NCBI GenBank assembly: GCA_000934665.2
Contig: JYFJ02003903.1
Location: 1 to 36,518, forward strand
Origin: Catajapyx aquilonaris
Lineage: Eukaryota
Length of the DNA: 36,518 bases
Direction of reading: 5' to 3'
The position numbers and the translations under genes are program-made. Under the pieces are notes generated by a model. That model was not told where the DNA came from. It saw only the letters and a list, made by a program, of their open reading frames with translations, and searched no databases. Positions within the stretch are counted from its first letter, which is position 1. The number at the start of each line of letters is the position of its first letter. Below are positions 10,924 through 22,682 of the stretch, piece after piece.

Positions 10924-11369
10924 TAAATTCATATGTAAAAATTTCCCGGGTTAAAGGAGGGTTCATTTCTTGGAAATGAAAACATGCGAGCAAGGGTAGA
11001 AGGGCCTATGGAGGGGGGCATATTGAAGTATTTTTGCTCTTTGTGATACGTACTGTACGTATAATGTTGTAGCAGTCCAAAAATTGCGTCACAGTCTGGA
11101 TCTGAATCAATAATTGAAAAATATTCATGTTTAACATTCTCCCCCTGGAAGTTCAAATTATCTAGTATTTTAACCCCCTGAGACAAGGTGGAGGCATTGT
11201 GCCTCCACCCTCTTATGGAATGGGGGCCACTGGGCAGCACTGCAGCAACAAGTGCTTGCACGGAACTGTCATGAACAAAAGATCACAAATATTGAGAGAT
11301 TCCTGGTATCCTTGTATGCCGGGAGACATTGGTAGCAGGATGCTACTGTACAATACCCAATAGCACAAC

Positions 11370-11448
11370 TGGAGGCCTTTATGCACAAAGGAACCAGGTG
11401 TCATGTGACTCACATGACACCTGGTTCCTTTGTGCATAAAGGTCTCCA
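11370..11448. repeat. Near-perfect palindrome, 39-bp arms, 1-nt centre
   Basis: Centre 11409; one mismatch (11375/11443). Confidence 0.95.
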
Positions 11449-11659
11449 ACTGCAAACCAGTTATGCCTCATGCCCTCATGGCCCAAGTTGCATGGGCTCC
11501 TCCAATAAAATGAAACAAATTTTTCAACCAATAGTCTTTTTTTCTGCTCATGATATTATCATACATCCACATGTAATGTAAGCAGGAGGAAGTCTTCCTC
11601 ACATTGTCACAATTGACACATTCCGTTCATGGAAAGATATTAAGTGTCAATCTATTATA

Positions 11660-11854
11660 CAGGGTGTTCCACGTTTGTGGGTCAATCAGTTATCACCGAT
11701 ATCAAGGTTCCCCATCACTTCCAGGTGGTCGAATGTAGCAGTAATGTTGCTATAGAATATGGCACCTGGATCGGGTCACAACAAGCTACAAAAAAATAGC
11801 CGCTTCAAGAGAAATTTTTTATAACTAAAGTACTAATATACATGGAACATCCTG
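11660..11854. mobile_element. TA-target MITE (CAGGGTGTTCCA TIR)
   Basis: TA|cagggtgttcca ... tggaacatcctg|TA. Confidence 0.65.
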
Positions 11855-12137
11855 TATATCACTGTGAAGTCAGTGGCCTCTCATGCATGCATTTTATGTG
11901 AATTTAGGTTTGTTTAATTCCTTCACACTCCCCCCAAAAATTTTAATGCATACCACGTTCTACCCCAATGCACAATGTACTAGGATGTATGACACATACA
12001 GTATACCATGCGTGTGCAAATATCATGGTTACTTGACTCAATGTGGTATGGGATTCCACGTGTCGGGAGCAAGCCATCCTTCTCTACTCAGGATAATAAT
12101 GTCATATTCAAATACACTTCATATGGAAGTAAAAGTA

Positions 12138-12321
12138 CAGTGAAGCCTGTCTATAATGGACCCTGAGTAGAGCGGAAACTTGTCCATTGCCGAATTATTT
12201 CTGGGAATGGGCATAGGACACTGAGTGTATTTTTAAATGGAGATACTCGTAGTAGAAACTCCTGACCATTACAGAAAATTTTTAGGGTCCCATGCCACTC
12301 CGCTATTCACTGGTTTCACTG
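12138..12321. mobile_element. Tc1/pogo-type MITE (CAGTGAA TIR)
   Basis: TA|cagtgaagcc ... ggtttcactg|TA. Confidence 0.6.
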
Positions 12322-12675
12322 TATTATCACAATACATTCTTTTGGCACCATACCCATTTGGTAATACAGAATAATCAGCAATGAATTCATGTGTTTTTTC
12401 AAATTTGATTGTTAACCAGATGTCATTTATTGTGTCGTTCAGTCTCGAGAGTTTTTTGCACTACATGTGAAATGTTAATTTTAAGCTTATTTAAATCACT
12501 ACCATGGATTCTACACAGGTTAGAAGTTTTGATAACTGAAAATCTAGATGCTACTTGAATTAAGGTGTATTGAACCATTCTGTACCATAGCAATTTTGAA
12601 AATCTCCAACCTGGAATTTTCTTATCTGGCTGTTTGCCAAATCCGCTTCCTGGTTGTGATGACTGGCAGAAAATA

Positions 12676-13258
12676 CAGTAAAACTTCTATAAGTCGAATC
12701 TCCATGGGACCGGAAAAAAACTTCGAGTTATAGAAGATTCGAGTTAGAGAAGTTTGGCTTTTTTTAAGCACAGAACTCTATAAGGAAGCCTACCTTTATA
12801 TCCAGTGACGAAAGGTTTTCAAAACTTAAAAATAGCTGTCACTATCACACAATGTTTCTCGTTGTTTTGGTGTAAAAAAATACTCTGTGATGGACATTTG
12901 CCTACACTTAGATTCAAGGATTCAATTGTCACAATCGAGTCAAACACTTCTTTCGGTACGTCTTGTAGACGGAGATCAGGAAATTGAGCCTTTCTGTACA
13001 TATGTGGCCTACTCTCGACCCTTCGGCTGGGAAATGAGAAAATTTTCTGTACTCGCCAACATGAACTTCGACTTAGGTAGACTGCAAATGCATTGATATC
13101 CCATCGTAAGGCCCTGCCTGCACTTCGAGTTATGGAAAACTTAGAGTTGTAGAAATTCGAGCTAGGGGAGTTTATTTCCTATTATTTTACATTGTGACCA
13201 ACCAAGCTCATAATTTTCTTCGACTTAGAGAGAACTTCGACTTATAGAAGTTTTACTG
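12676..13258. mobile_element. Tigger/pogo-type MITE
   Basis: Perfect 23-bp TIR CAGTAAAACTTCTATAAGTCGAA with TA on both sides; internal ttcgagtta/ttcgactta repeats. Confidence 0.85.
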
Positions 13259-13313
13259 TAATTATTCACCTGCGTCAAACTGGCAAGATTGTCTCATAAA
13301 TAGCATGTGATCC

Positions 13314-13524
13314 GGGCAATTCCACGAAAGGCGGCCATATTGTCCGTACGTAACGCAGGTTTTGCAGACATGTACTAGCGTATTTTATTGTAACAATACC
13401 CACACATTACATGAAATTGATTAAGCATGCAGTGCATGCATCCTGGCATTGTTATAATAAAATACTCTTGTGCACGTAGGCAACACTTGCGTTACGTACG
13501 GACGGCTGCGCCATGGAATTGCCC
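13314..13524. mobile_element. MITE with GGGCAATTCCA TIR and 4-bp TSD (Sola2-like)
   Basis: ATCC|gggcaattcca ... tggaattgccc|ATCC; internally quasi-palindromic. Confidence 0.75.
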
Positions 13525-14840
13525 ATCCCTAAAAAATTCACATTCATTCATTACTGGTGCAAGACTTGTGTATTTATCTGGCATTGGAGCTAAGGCCTGT
13601 GAAAATTCCCATTCAGAAAACAATGTAAAGTTACCCAACCTTTAAAAAAGCAGGCAATCTTTGTGTGTTAATTGCTGATGTATTTTCAATGATATTTTGA
13701 AACTCCCAGTGGCGTCCAAATAAATGTAAATGTGATTGACACCGGTGATTGAAGAGAAGCTCAAATAAAGTATCTAGTTGTAGGCGCGTGAATCAAACTG
13801 CTGCACTTTTTGGCGTCCATTGATTGGTCAACCCCTCTCATATTGCACCTGTTGAAACTTCTTGCTTGTTCCCATTTGTTACAATGTATTTTGATACTTT
13901 TGATACATAGATGGAATGTTTTCTCTCTATTGTTATGGTTTTATGACCTAGATGTTTGTGTTTGTTGGTGCTGATATTGTTTTTGTGTTTAGTCCAAGAA
14001 TGCATTATGTTGAGCTCTAATGTGAATTTTAACTTGAAAAGCAATGTGCTTTATAATAACTTCGTGTCAGATGGCCTTGTTATGACATTTTTGAATTTTC
14101 CATTGACAACTATCACTTTTAACACTAGAAATAACGAGCGATCAACATGGATGAGAAGGCATTCCTGTCATAACATTGCCATGACAGTTTGTATGTTTTA
14201 GGTGATGAGTTTATCACCTTTTACAAAATGTAAATAAAGTTCAATGATTAGAAATATGTAGTTGCTCATTATGTACCTGTTGCTGACAACATATCCTTTT
14301 GCACAGTGCTTGTGCAGCAGTACCGAGAATACACGTCATCCGAAGCCTTGAAATGCTTTCAATTCCAGAAATTGGCCTAAGGTAGTGCGTGTAAGGAGGG
14401 TTGTTTCACTGGCCTTGATCAAGCTGTTATTAGGGACATCAAGTGGGTCAGGGATTTTGGTGCATTGGAACATTTGCATACTTGCACCAGTTTGTAATGT
14501 CATTGCGTTGACTTTTAGGATGTAATTTGTTTCAACTTGGTCCACTCAGGGTCAGTTTATGGTGGCATCAAATCAAAATTGTAGAGTGGAAGCAGAGAAA
14601 GTTATGTTTTTTTTTGTTTTTTTTTTTACCCAGAAGAATTTTGTTAGGTATGTTGATAACAGAATTAGTCATGAAATGTGTAGAATTTTATGATGATGCC
14701 ACAGCTTGTTGATGATTGCTGTCATATAGCTATATTTTAGCATAAAAAGCTTACTACATGGTTATTGTCATGACTACTAATACAACTAAATGATCTGTCA
14801 CTTTTTGTGGCATGCTGATAAATGCATAATATACATTATC

Positions 14841-14911
14841 AGCATACCATTGGTGAGCCCACCAGCACATGCATATTATGCATGTGCTGGTGGGCTCACC
14901 AATGGTATGCT
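14841..14911. repeat. Perfect palindrome, 35-bp arms, 1-nt centre
   Basis: agcataccattggtgagcccaccagcacatgcata-t-tatgcatgtgctggtgggctcaccaatggtatgct, centre 14876. Confidence 0.95.
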
Positions 14912-15813
14912 CGAGGTGTAAACCAGGAAAAGATTTTCTTAATGAGAACCTCTGCTGAGACTCAACCCTGAGTTTCTTGCATGGTCAAGGTAACTCACCT
15001 CAGCTGTCAAGCAAGTTTGGGCATCAGTTGACTGCCTTGATACATACCAGTTTCCAAAAAATACACGGCCAGTCTGTGGCATGCTGAGGTAGGCCAAGTG
15101 CAACTGTTGAGATAATTATGTGGCCACATCTGTTCGTGCTGACTAGTTCCAGTTCAGAAGTTTTTTGATTACAATTTCAGCGGTTCTAGTTTCGAGAGTG
15201 AAAATGTTCCATTGAGTAAAAAGTCACGATGCTTCAAGCGAAAGAGAAAGCAATACGTATAAGCAGTCTGGCATGGAACTGGATTGCATTTCTCTAGCTT
15301 CCCACAGAAATTGTTTATCTATACCTTGACCCCTATTAGGTAGTCCTCTGTTGGTGGCAACAACCTGGACCTTGGCTTGAGGAAGTAGTGCACGTTATTG
15401 AGGAAAAATCAGTGTGCTGTTTTCTTTCTTTGGTAACATCTCATTGTCACGGAGCTTCATGTTGGTAGTTATGTCACTCATATAATAGTGTCAGTCCTTG
15501 CTGATTCATAACAATAAAATTAGTATTCACTGTATGATCTTCAACTCTACAGTAACCACTGATATTTTCCTAATGTGTTTAGCCTGCTTCATTTAATGTT
15601 TAATCATTTACAGTTGTTCTAGGCTTAGTTTTTCAATAAGTCAAGGCAGCATGCTATGGAAACAATGACTGCACTTACAGTATAATATTATGTTAGAAGA
15701 GGAGGATAAGAAGTGTACACTTTTTACGTCACAATAATTATACACTTTTGTACCAGCTGGCTTGATTCTGTGAAACAAATGCTTATAAATATGTCTTTAA
15801 AAATATCTACGCA

Positions 15814-16151
15814 CAGTGAAGTTCTTTAATAGGACCTAGATTCAACATAAACAACCTGTCCACTGCAAAAATGTTCGGTCCAGGAGGCGTATACTCATCC
15901 AGGTCACTCGCAATCGACAAAGTCGATTGACGTCAAAATGACGTCGCCAATGATGGCGAGGAGAATTGGCGACGTCATTCTGACGTCAATCGACTTTGTC
16001 GATTGCGAGTGACCTGGATGAGTATACGCCTCCTGGCAGAGGACTGGTAATATGTTTCTATTGTACTAGTACCGTATGTAGAAAACACTTGTCCAGTTAG
16101 GAAAGTTTTGTGTGGAATGGACAAGAAATTCCGCTATAAACACTTTCACTG
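15814..16151. mobile_element. Degenerate CAGTGAA-type MITE hosting a palindromic insert
   Basis: cagtgaag...atag at left and ctata...ttcactg at right; resembles 12138-12321. Confidence 0.45.
15880..16036. repeat. Hairpin element, ~72-bp arms with 1 mismatch and a ~13-nt loop
   Basis: ccaggaggcgtatactcatcc...gacgtcgccaat / attggcgacgtc...ggatgagtatacgcctcctgg. Confidence 0.95.
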
Positions 16152-17175
16152 CAAGGTAGGTTTTAGTGGACTGTTGGATACGTGACTTTTAAAGTTAGTG
16201 TTCTCTATCTACCTAGTAATAGACAAGTTGATTTCTGACACTCAGTAATTTTTATTTGAATGCAGTACGGAAGGATTCCTTCACATACTAGGTTTAAAAT
16301 TCACTTTAATACACAATTTATACTTGACAAAGAAATCGTTTAATTCATAATCGTGGCTCGCTTTTACATTGCTCACTGTAGCAAGGTAAACCAGGAACTT
16401 CACGGAGCTGACTGACACATTAATTGCCGAGTGACGTTGGCAGTCACTGTGCACTTGAAGGTTAAACATGAAATAATGGCATCGAGTAATCCAAATGAAC
16501 TCTTCTCACGCACTATCCCCATTAATGAAATGGTTGAGTGCAACTTGCATTACCTTCACCTGTTGGGACACTTTTTGAGGTAATTGAGAATAACTTGCGT
16601 GTATCTGGGCAGTGTTTAAGGCATAATTATCAAGAATCAGCTTTTAATTATTATATTTCAATCAGGTTGATATTCTACATGTGAAATGTTTTCTTCGCCA
16701 TTTCTTCAAGATCTTGACAATACCAAAGTCCAGTTTTTTGATTGTGACATTTGCTTGTTGCGCTTTCAACATATTCAGGTGATTGAAAACGTATTTGAAA
16801 TATGGCATTGGGTTTACTGATAAGGTGTCTAAAAACGTCATAGGTATAGAGAATAATTCTCAGGTTACAACAGAAGCGCTGTGTTGTAATACATTTCAGG
16901 TAGTTTATAAAGGCTTGATTCTGAATTGGAAAGGTTCTCTTGTCCGGAATATCTCCGGTTATAGACTTAATTCAAACTTGTAGTGAAAGAACTAATAGCA
17001 GGTTACATTCATCATAAAAACAACCGCAAAAATAAGGTCCGGATATCAAGTGAGAGATCAAAATGTAAGTAGCATTACAGTGCACCAGTGCACGTTACCT
17101 TTAATATTTTACATGCAATACATGAAGTCGATGTTTATCAGCACGACAAATAAAACCTTCACAATGGTGAAACTA

Positions 17176-17186
17176 CTCACGTGACT
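17176..17186. promoter_or_regulatory. CLEAR/E-box-like motif upstream of the NPC2-like gene
   Basis: CTCACGTGAC is a 9/10 match to GTCACGTGAC, ~300 bp before the ATG; an Inr-like TCAGT follows about 12 nt later. Confidence 0.4.
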
Positions 17187-17487
17187 TTGAGAAAAAGTCA
17201 GTGTGTGTGTGTACATTCACTCTCCTTGACTCCCTATCCTAAGATGTTGAGTGATAATTATTTTCCTCTTCAGCCTATTAGAGCAAAATCTACTCCTTTC
17301 TGCAAGCCCATCATCCTTGCTGCCGGACCTTGAAAAGGGTGGTCCTGTAATCGGCATAGGATCAGACGGGACAGTCCGTGGATGGACTTGCCCTCCTTTT
17401 GCCTCCTCTGATTCAAGCCGGGAAAGTGGACGGTAGCAGACAATCACTCTGTACATCGTCTAAGGTGTTCCTTGCTGACTCCAAGTC

Positions 17488-17587
17488 ATGAAGCTGGTCG
17501 CGATCTTGTTTCTCCTAATGTGTGTTGCATTGGCTCAGAGGTCACCCAGACCCAGACAAAGGGCGCTGGAGCCACAAGATTGTGAAG
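17488..17587 (+). CDS. NPC2: NPC2/ML-domain lipid-binding protein, exon 1 (signal peptide)
   Basis: MKLVAILFLLMCVALA signal peptide, ...PQDCE; donor G|gtaaac (phase 1). Confidence 0.85.
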
Positions 17588-18920
17588 GTAAACGAATGGA
17601 GTATTCACATAGCCACTTAATTTTCCCAGGTGCTTACTGGAGGGGGGATTATTGGGTGTGTGAATGGACGTTTATGTGTTGCATAAATTGTGACTTGTTT
17701 TTATTGATTTCCGAGAGTAGAGTGCTGCAGAATTGCAAAAAGTTCGAAAACTATTTTAAGACGGAAAATATATGCTGAACGATTATAGTTATAATTAACT
17801 ATAATTTCCCAAAGCATTTATTTAGGGGGCTGTAATTTCTCCAGCAGAAAACCGACTTGACCATAAGAAAGTACGTGTCAAGAGCTGCATGACAATGCCT
17901 GACTCAATTTTGATCAAAATGGGACTCTGACTGTTCTGTATTTCAAGTCTTCATTGCAATGTAAGCAAAGAGCTTCCATATTTTGGGCATAATGGCTAAA
18001 ATATTCCGCCTGCACTGGCATTTTGCGATACGAAAAGTCCTTCCACTACGACAATGGGTTAGATGACTAGTAGTAGGCTAACTGAAAAACAAGTTGTTCG
18101 GTTCGAAATTGTTGCCGTAAATAATGCATAAGGATCAACTCGCTGTTTTTCAAATACAGTACTACAAGATTACAAAGGCTGGTGAAATTGACAAAATAAA
18201 GTAGCTAAAAGCAGCTGGGGTGACATAATCACATGATATTAGGATGTTTTTTAAAAATACACAGCAGGACGCTCTTAGGAATTTATTGGCAAAATGTGGG
18301 TGGTGTGCTAAAAGTCACTTACGCGGTTTACGCAATCGTTTCGCATTACCCAATTTCCCTAGGTTCTATAGGCGTCATGGAAGACTGGTTTAGTATTTTT
18401 TGCTCTCTAACAAACAAATAACTGGATTTACTTCAGAGAAATAGAGTCATTATGAATGTCGCTGTAACCTTGAAAGCGTTTGAAATAAATTATAGCGTTT
18501 AAAAAAAGCTGCTTACGTTTAAGTTCACTGGCTCAGTGATTTTTCACAACTGCACTGGGCGAGGGAGGGTGGGTGATTGCCCTAATAAAATTACACTACC
18601 GCATTAAAATTTTAAATAGTTTAAAATTCTCATCGTGTCTTAAACGTTACTACGCATTTTTATAGTGTCCTTGATATGTAATTGATCCACAAAAAATGAG
18701 TTCTTTCCTCAAATAGCAAGCACCTATAGAATAACAGCAAGTTATGCAACTAGGTTGAAAGGATATAACTGGGAATCGCAATTTTTTTTTGCCGAACTTG
18801 AGTCCTTCGAACAGAGGTTCGATCATTTTTGTAGACAGCACAGACCTTGAATAATTTATGTCAATTTTTTGCAGATCTTACCTGAGGGGCTACCAATGTT
18901 TTTTCCTCGCAATTTTTCAG

Positions 18921-19028
18921 AATTTAGCAATGGAATTGTGGTCAGGCTGAAGCTCACACGATGCAGGAGGTACCCTTGTGTACTCAGGAAAGGCACGAAC
19001 GTTACCTTGGAATTCGATTTTGAAATAG
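18921..19028 (+). CDS. NPC2: NPC2/ML-domain protein, exon 2
   Basis: tttttcag| ... G|gtatat, phases 1-1; CRRYPCVLRKGTNVTLEFDF is the ML-family motif. Confidence 0.9.
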
Positions 19029-19089
19029 GTATATATTGTGTGTTGACTCATCAATATATTTGGGACTGATTTTTCTATATATATTGCAG

Positions 19090-19289
19090 ATTATGAGGTG
19101 GCCAATATTACGAACTCCGTCCATGCCCTTCTGGGTAGCGTAAAGGCACCTTTCCAGGGTGTTCATGGGACACTGGCATGTCCATATCTTTTTGAGAAGG
19201 AAAGTGGAGAACTTGTGAAGGACTGCCACCTAACTCCTGGGGTTTATACCTACAAAAATAGTTTTCCTATTCGAAAGGAGTATCCAGCA
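19090..19289 (+). CDS. NPC2: NPC2/ML-domain protein, exon 3
   Basis: ttgcag| ... GCA|gtaagt; VHALLGSVKAPF...ACP...DCHLTPGVYTYKNSFPIRKEYP. Confidence 0.9.
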
Positions 19290-19589
19290 GTAAGTATGTC
19301 CAGATTCGTTATGTAAATATATTTTGTGAACTGATATGAATCACAATATATTGACAAGATGGAGAGAACAAAAATCAAGCTGACAATATTGTGGTCATAT
19401 CCTCTGTATATGGGGTTTTATAGTGGACAGGTTCTAAAGTTTATTTCCCTTCGGGAATTGATGGGATCTTTTAGTTGTTCCTAATAATATTAGATGAAAA
19501 AGTGAAATGCAGTTTTTAAATGTCTCTTTCCTGAGTGGTGAAAACATGAACTTGAAACTAGTGAATTTGCAATTATTTTTCTTTTGAAA

Positions 19590-19876
19590 TAGTCACAGAA
19601 AGTGCTAGGAACCTTACATAGTTTTGATTTTACTTTTTATTGAAATGGTAGATGATGGCTAATTTTTTGACTTGCAAATTGCCCATTTAAACTGATATTT
19701 GATTAAAATATGGCAACACCTCAATTGCAGTGGGGAATTTTGCTTACGAGCCATTTTAATTTTATTACAATAAATGTTCACGAACAATATGCAACTCAAA
19801 CATTAGCCATCATCTACCGTTGTCTATAAAAAAGAAAGTAACAATTCTGAAAAGTTCCTGGCACCTTCAGTGGCCA
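19590..19876. mobile_element. Degenerate MITE in NPC2 intron 3
   Basis: Imperfect inverted segments agtgctaggaac/gttcctggcac and ggtagatgatggctaat/attagcccatcatctacc. Confidence 0.45.
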
Positions 19877-21223
19877 CTCAAAGTGCTAATTTGCAAATTA
19901 GCGAGTTTCAAGCTCATGTTTTCGCTACTCAGAAACCAGATATGCCCTACCAGTACCTGTACCCTATTAAAAAACTGACTTTCCCTTTTTCATCTAATAA
20001 CTTATTATTAGGAACCACTACTAAAAATGGTACCTATATTCTAACCTGTAAGAGCATAATCAATCCTGACAGGGATCCTTTTCTTTCATTGGGTCTTTCA
20101 GTTGGGAAAATGCCAATTAACGAATGTGAACATTGATGTTTGGTGTACGTTATATGCGTAGTCTAACTTGATGTGAACGACCCTCATTAACAAAACAATC
20201 TGACTAATAAGGAAGATAAAAATCTCAAAGCGTTCATCCAAATGGAAAATCTAGAAGGTTGCAATGACTAAGCACCTACTTGTAAGGAGCTCAATTTTCC
20301 AGCTCAAAAATCTCCTTGTTTCGAACACGCGCCTTCCTAGCCATTATCCTACCCGATCCTATACCATAAGGAGGAGAGCTGAGATGATTGTATTCAGCCT
20401 GAGAATAAATTCGCAAGTCTTTAATCCTTAATTATAATGCATAATTATTATATTTGCGACATTCCTTGTTACTCATTGCGATACCATTGCTGTTCTAAGG
20501 CTAAATATATCACACCTAGCAACGGTTTTTTTTAAATAGTTACGATGGCCCACAAGTGGTTCTCGCAGTATTATTTGCATCAGTTCACGGAATGTTACTC
20601 CAGTGGAACAAGGGCCTAACTTCATATTCGATTGTTACACTACTTGTCTTATTGGACCGTGTATTGGACTATTCAGTTGTTTTATGGCAAGGATTATGCA
20701 AGGTTGGTTTTTACTTCAAGCCTATAGGACATATGAGGTGGGGAAGGTGGTAAATGCGCATTTTCCTTACTCCCATCTGGAAGTGTAAACTATTCATCAT
20801 GCGCAATATATTGGAAGAGAAAATATTATTTTGTTCCACCATTTGTAGGCCGATTTGTTGGAATGGTATCAGATCATGAATGGTGTCACCTTGCACTAAT
20901 TTCAATGAGATATCGGGAACCGGCATCGGATTTCTTGAAAAAAATTATGCTTGTGCTGGGGAACCATGAGAAAAGGCAAATGCCGCAAGGGGGTATAACC
21001 ACTTCGGTACTCCGGTGTACAGCTGCGAGTGTTACTCCCAGGTAATCCTTAGGTAGGCCTACCTTACTCTTTGGTACCCCTAGGTACGCCTTGAATTTGG
21101 TACCCCTTGGTACGCCTAGGTTTATAGGGTGATTTTTACCATTTTTAATTTAGTTCATATTTTGGGTTAGCTTGTGGTTCCCGTCATCGCTGACTACCCC
21201 TTTATAGGGAAATGTCGTGATGG

Positions 21224-21224
<1 letters not shown>

Positions 21225-21284
<60 letters not shown>
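21225..21284. repeat. (GTT)20 microsatellite
   Basis: Direct reading; ggtacgccttgaatttggtac occurs at ~21083 and again immediately after the tract. Confidence 0.95.
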
Positions 21285-21343
21285 GGTACGCCTTGAATTT
21301 GGTACTCCAGTGTACACTTGAGATGCCGAGTCCAAATAAGATG

Positions 21344-21791
21344 CAGGTTTCGGAAATTTAACCTACCGTCGCTTTGGAAAGTGATAGAAGGGTTCTAGGA
21401 GATCACTTTGAGTATAATTATGCAACATGGGTCTCCGACGCATAGTTACCGAGATAATGTGCTTCAAACACAAGGTAGCATATAAAATATCCTGGCACAC
21501 GTATGCGTCCCTCCACGCGACATTATTACCTTTTACATTTAAATTTAAGATGCTACCATGTTATTTAATTTTAATTTACGATCTTGTTAGGTGTAGCAGG
21601 AAATGGCGTAAGCGATGGAAGTGTCGTAAGCAGTATCCGAAACCTATACGCTGGGATAATGCACTTTTTATTTAATGCTAATTATTTCGGTAACTATGCG
21701 TCGGAGACCCATGTTGCATCTACTCAAAGTGATCGCCTAGAACCCATCTATAATTTCCCAAAGCGACGGTAGGTTACATTTTCGAACCCTG
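21344..21791. mobile_element. Long-TIR MITE (CAGGG-type termini)
   Basis: ~110-bp inverted arms (aacctaccgtcgctttgg...catgggtctccgacgcatagttaccga); same family as 10161-10923; no clear TSD. Confidence 0.75.
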
Positions 21792-21988
21792 GTACGGTAT
21801 AGATCATTCAACCCCACAACACCTCTGCGCAGCCGGCAGCCCCAAGGGCAGTCAAAGTATGGCACAATGCACAGAAGGCCGCAGAACATTTATTGTGTGT
21901 AATACCCCGTGATAGGGCCAGGGGCCCTTTCAGGCGGTGGAATACCACCATTATTTATTTATTTTTTTCAAGCGATTTTTCTGAAAGA

Positions 21989-22259
21989 TTTTCTTCGATC
22001 ACCGGTGCAGGGAAGAACGAAGAAAGGCCATGAGGTAGGGATGGGGATTTCTCGGGATGATACACGGGTGCAGGTGCAATGTCGTTATACAGGGGTCATG
22101 TGCAGTCTCCCTGGAGGTTAGGTTGCCAGACGCCTCCAAGGCGCAGGTCAGAGACCCTCCTGACGCAGGCGAGGGGGAGCTCCAGGGCGGGGATCGAACC
22201 CGGGACCTTCCGCTCCGAAGCAAGCCTAGTCGTTACCGACTCGGCTACCACGCCTCCCC
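21989..22259 (-). mobile_element. tRNA(Pro-like)-derived SINE, best-preserved copy
   Basis: Minus strand GGGGAGGCGTGGTAGCCGAGTCGGTAA...CTTGCTTCGGAGCGGAAGGTCCCGGGTTCGATCCCG; CpGs retained relative to the other two copies. Confidence 0.8.
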
Positions 22260-22595
22260 GGTCGCAGAACTTTTTTTTTCGCGACATGCTCAATACGCTC
22301 GTAGTAGCCCATAAGATGCACAGTTCGTACAGTAGCCTGTTTCCTTTGTTGTAACACCAGCATGCATGAATTATGTTCAGTCTGATGCGGTCTGATGTAC
22401 CGGTAATATTATATGGTATGGTCTGGCACTTGTAAACAAAATAGCCATTCTGGGACTTCCCTTTGGCATCATGCAGTATTAACTATTGCCGAAAATCATG
22501 TGAATATAGGTCTAGCATTTTTAAAAAAATAATATACTAATCGGTTATTTGACAAAGCCGTTATGATCATCTTATTAATAATTGATATTTTACAG

Positions 22596-22682
22596 ATCAG
22601 CGTGAAAGTCGAGTGGGCTTTGAAGGAAGAGGAGGACCTGACTACATGTTTTGTGCTGCCTGCAAGGATTGTCAACAAATGA
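22596..22682 (+). CDS. NPC2: NPC2/ML-domain protein, exon 4 (stop); spliced product 164 aa with 6 Cys in the mature part
   Basis: ttttacag|ATC (phase 0); ISVKVEWALKEEEDLTTCFVLPARIVNK*; the four exons sum to 495 nt. Confidence 0.9.
   Translation: MSVKVEWALKEEEDLTTCFVLPARIVNK

Noticed and set aside
21150..21335. Poly-Asn ORF
   Set aside because: Translation of the (GTT)n microsatellite in an intron
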